A DNA stretch of 62,151 bases, counting the filler, from Polymyxa betae A26-41 (lineage: Eukaryota > Protista > Endomyxa: Phytomyxea): the NCBI GenBank assembly GCA_003693705.1. It is 4 parts of 4 records of this genome, joined end to end, with 100 filler letters (N's around TTAATTAATTAA, not from the genome) between each part and the next. Parts side by side here need not be neighbours in the genome. Positions count along the whole stretch, not along the records: positions 54,117 to 62,151 come from RBZT01000165.1; 3 more parts are not named here. One strand, given 5' to 3'. The position numbers were made by a program, and so were the translations under genes. The notes beneath the pieces are model-generated. The model was not told where the DNA came from. It did not search any database and worked only from the letters and a program-made list of their open reading frames with translations. Positions 60,380-62,151 of this stretch are shown piece after piece. Within the stretch, counting starts at the first letter, position 1; the number at the start of each line of letters is the position of its first letter.

Positions 60380-61217
60380 AGCGCGACCACCGAACTTTGT
60401 CAATCCATATACCATGGGAGTTAACGAAACTGTCTCAAAATTCAGGTTCAAAAGCACTGCTACTCAGCAGACAATATGCTTACTCTCAATCTTCATATAT
60501 GTTTTCCTTCGACTGTACAAATTGATGGGACAAGCTAACCCACGAGCCTACGAGACCTCAAACCTCACGTCTACATCGCGTTCTTTTTTAACGTGTCACA
60601 GTTGGAAAAGCACACCGCCAACACTATCTCGAACCGGAATCAACATCCGCCGCCCCTAGCTCTTATTGATGCAAAGGATGAAGAGTACTGTAAAGTCGAG
60701 AGAACTTTTGATTCGCGGTCTTATAGATCTGAGCTCCAATACTTTGTTCATTGGAAGGGCATTGGTAATCAAAAACGAACGAGGGAACCAGCTTCCCCTC
60801 TCAACACAAACCCTGCTCTCCAGCGTCACAGGCAAGCCTTCAATCAACAGTACCCCCGACAAGCCATGCCTCACAAGAGCATGCGACGAGGCCTAAAAGG
60901 TGGCGATGTTATGCTCAATAGCCATGACAATAACCCGGGCTGCGCCAGAAGCCGCACCTCCCAAGACAAACGGCTACCCACACGCAGTGCGTGGTCATTC
61001 TGACCAGCACCTTTCTATCGGCCGTCTCGCGTCGTCGACATCTTCGCAGCCGACGGCTCCGTCCACCCCGTCGTTCCAACGACCTTCCTCCGTACCCACC
61101 GACCCCAGCGTCTCCGTTGTTCCGTCATTCTCACTGTCTCCGTCGATAACCATCAAGTAAGCACATCTTGCTGGTTCTTACTTCTCAGAGATCTCGCGAA
61201 AGCTTTATAGCGTCACA
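60380..61217 (+). mobile_element. 3' end of a chromovirus (Ty3/gypsy): integrase tail, chromodomain, PPT, LTR 60907-61217
   Basis: VSQLEKH...EEYCKVERTFDSR...LQYFVHWKGIG...TREP, purine tract, then LTR tgttatgct...agcgtcaca. Confidence 0.85.
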
Positions 61218-61253
61218 ATGAGATAGTCAGTACAAGAGAATTTATCAGATTAG

Positions 61254-61545
61254 CTATGGAACGCTGTGAAAATATTTTGACCACCAGCTCCAATTTTCAG
61301 AAGAAGAAACCACGAAAATAGATCTGTTTTGCAATATTATAAGCGGATTTAAATTTGGATGAAAAAGCTCTCTCCTAATGACTGGAACCTGAGCAGGATT
61401 CTGGATTTTCGTGAACAACTTGCAAACAGGACAAACAATCCTCTTGAAAATATCAACCTCAGACTGAATGAGTTCTTTCCTCACCCACATCCCAACCTGA
61501 AAGATTTCGTCGTTAAACTCAGAGTGGAATCAGAGCAGAGATTCC
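61254..61545 (+). mobile_element. MULE transposase C-terminal remnant
   Basis: W...P..WN...RTNNPLENINLRLN...HPNL..FV..L. Confidence 0.7.
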
Positions 61546-61741
61546 TGTTACGACCCTGCTACGCATACAACAGTTGTACACGAGAAGGTGCGTACAACAA
61601 CTGCGCGCGGCCCCCTCCATTGTTGTACGCAGTCTATCTGTGCAATAACCCTGGCTGCTTCGTTTCTATTGGGGATAAACTGATAAAGCATCTATGTACT
61701 GTTTTGGAATGCTCATGCAAATCAGATTTTTATTTTCTTGT

Positions 61742-62002
61742 CTACGGTTCTAACAGTACCGGATCAGTGCTTTTGGATCTCTTCCTCTGTCGTTCTGCCT
61801 GGCTAACATATCGCTTTTGACCTGTCTTCGGTCGCCCTTTAGGTTTGACCTTCAGTGGGTTTCGAATGCGAGATGAATCAGAAACACTTTTCTCATGACA
61901 ACCCTGTGTTATGTTGGCGATACTATCTATGGTTGTCAAGACAGAGCTGGAAGAGCTCTTTACCATGCTAAATATACTTTCCGATGTATAACGTCCTCTC
62001 AT
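61742..62002 (-). mobile_element. FAR1/MULE-type C-terminal remnant
   Basis: IRNPLKVKPKGRPK motif. Confidence 0.45.
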
Positions 62003-62151
62003 CTTCTTGCTTGATGTTAGCCCTCAAAGAATTCTTTGGAGCGGATCCCCCAATCGCGATACGCTACTAAATTGACACACACGAATTACAGCTCGTTATC
62101 AACTCTGATTTATTCCAGCTCGAATCCCAGGACCCAAATCCAGCTCGGTCC

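Overview
Eukaryotic microbial DNA with short (~41-55 nt) GT-AG introns, Pol III tRNA genes and TTTAGGG/TTTTAGGG telomere-type motifs. This is compatible with a plasmodiophorid-like protist, but the organism is an inference only. The scaffold has three ~100-bp artificial gaps. The first ~21 kb is a duplicated, largely pseudogenised cluster of putative secreted-protein genes, broken up by nested transposons whose ends and target-site duplications (TSDs) can be read directly: solo LTRs, a Mutator-type foldback, a hAT-type element and pogo/Tigger. Recognisable genes are a PP5-like phosphatase (partial), tRNA-Val(AAC), tRNA-Asn(GTT), an intronless Uma2/DUF820 nuclease, a long coiled-coil gene, an atypical two-DBD E2F (E2F7/8/DEL-type) and a Zn2Cys6 transcription factor. 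There are also Copia, chromovirus, LINE, Helitron and MULE remnants. The most striking pattern is that telomere repeats are built into the ends of two unrelated transposon classes: the U3 start of a hairpin-capped LTR family and the inner ends of MULE TIRs. The same motifs also sit upstream of several genes. All coordinates and alignments were read by eye.
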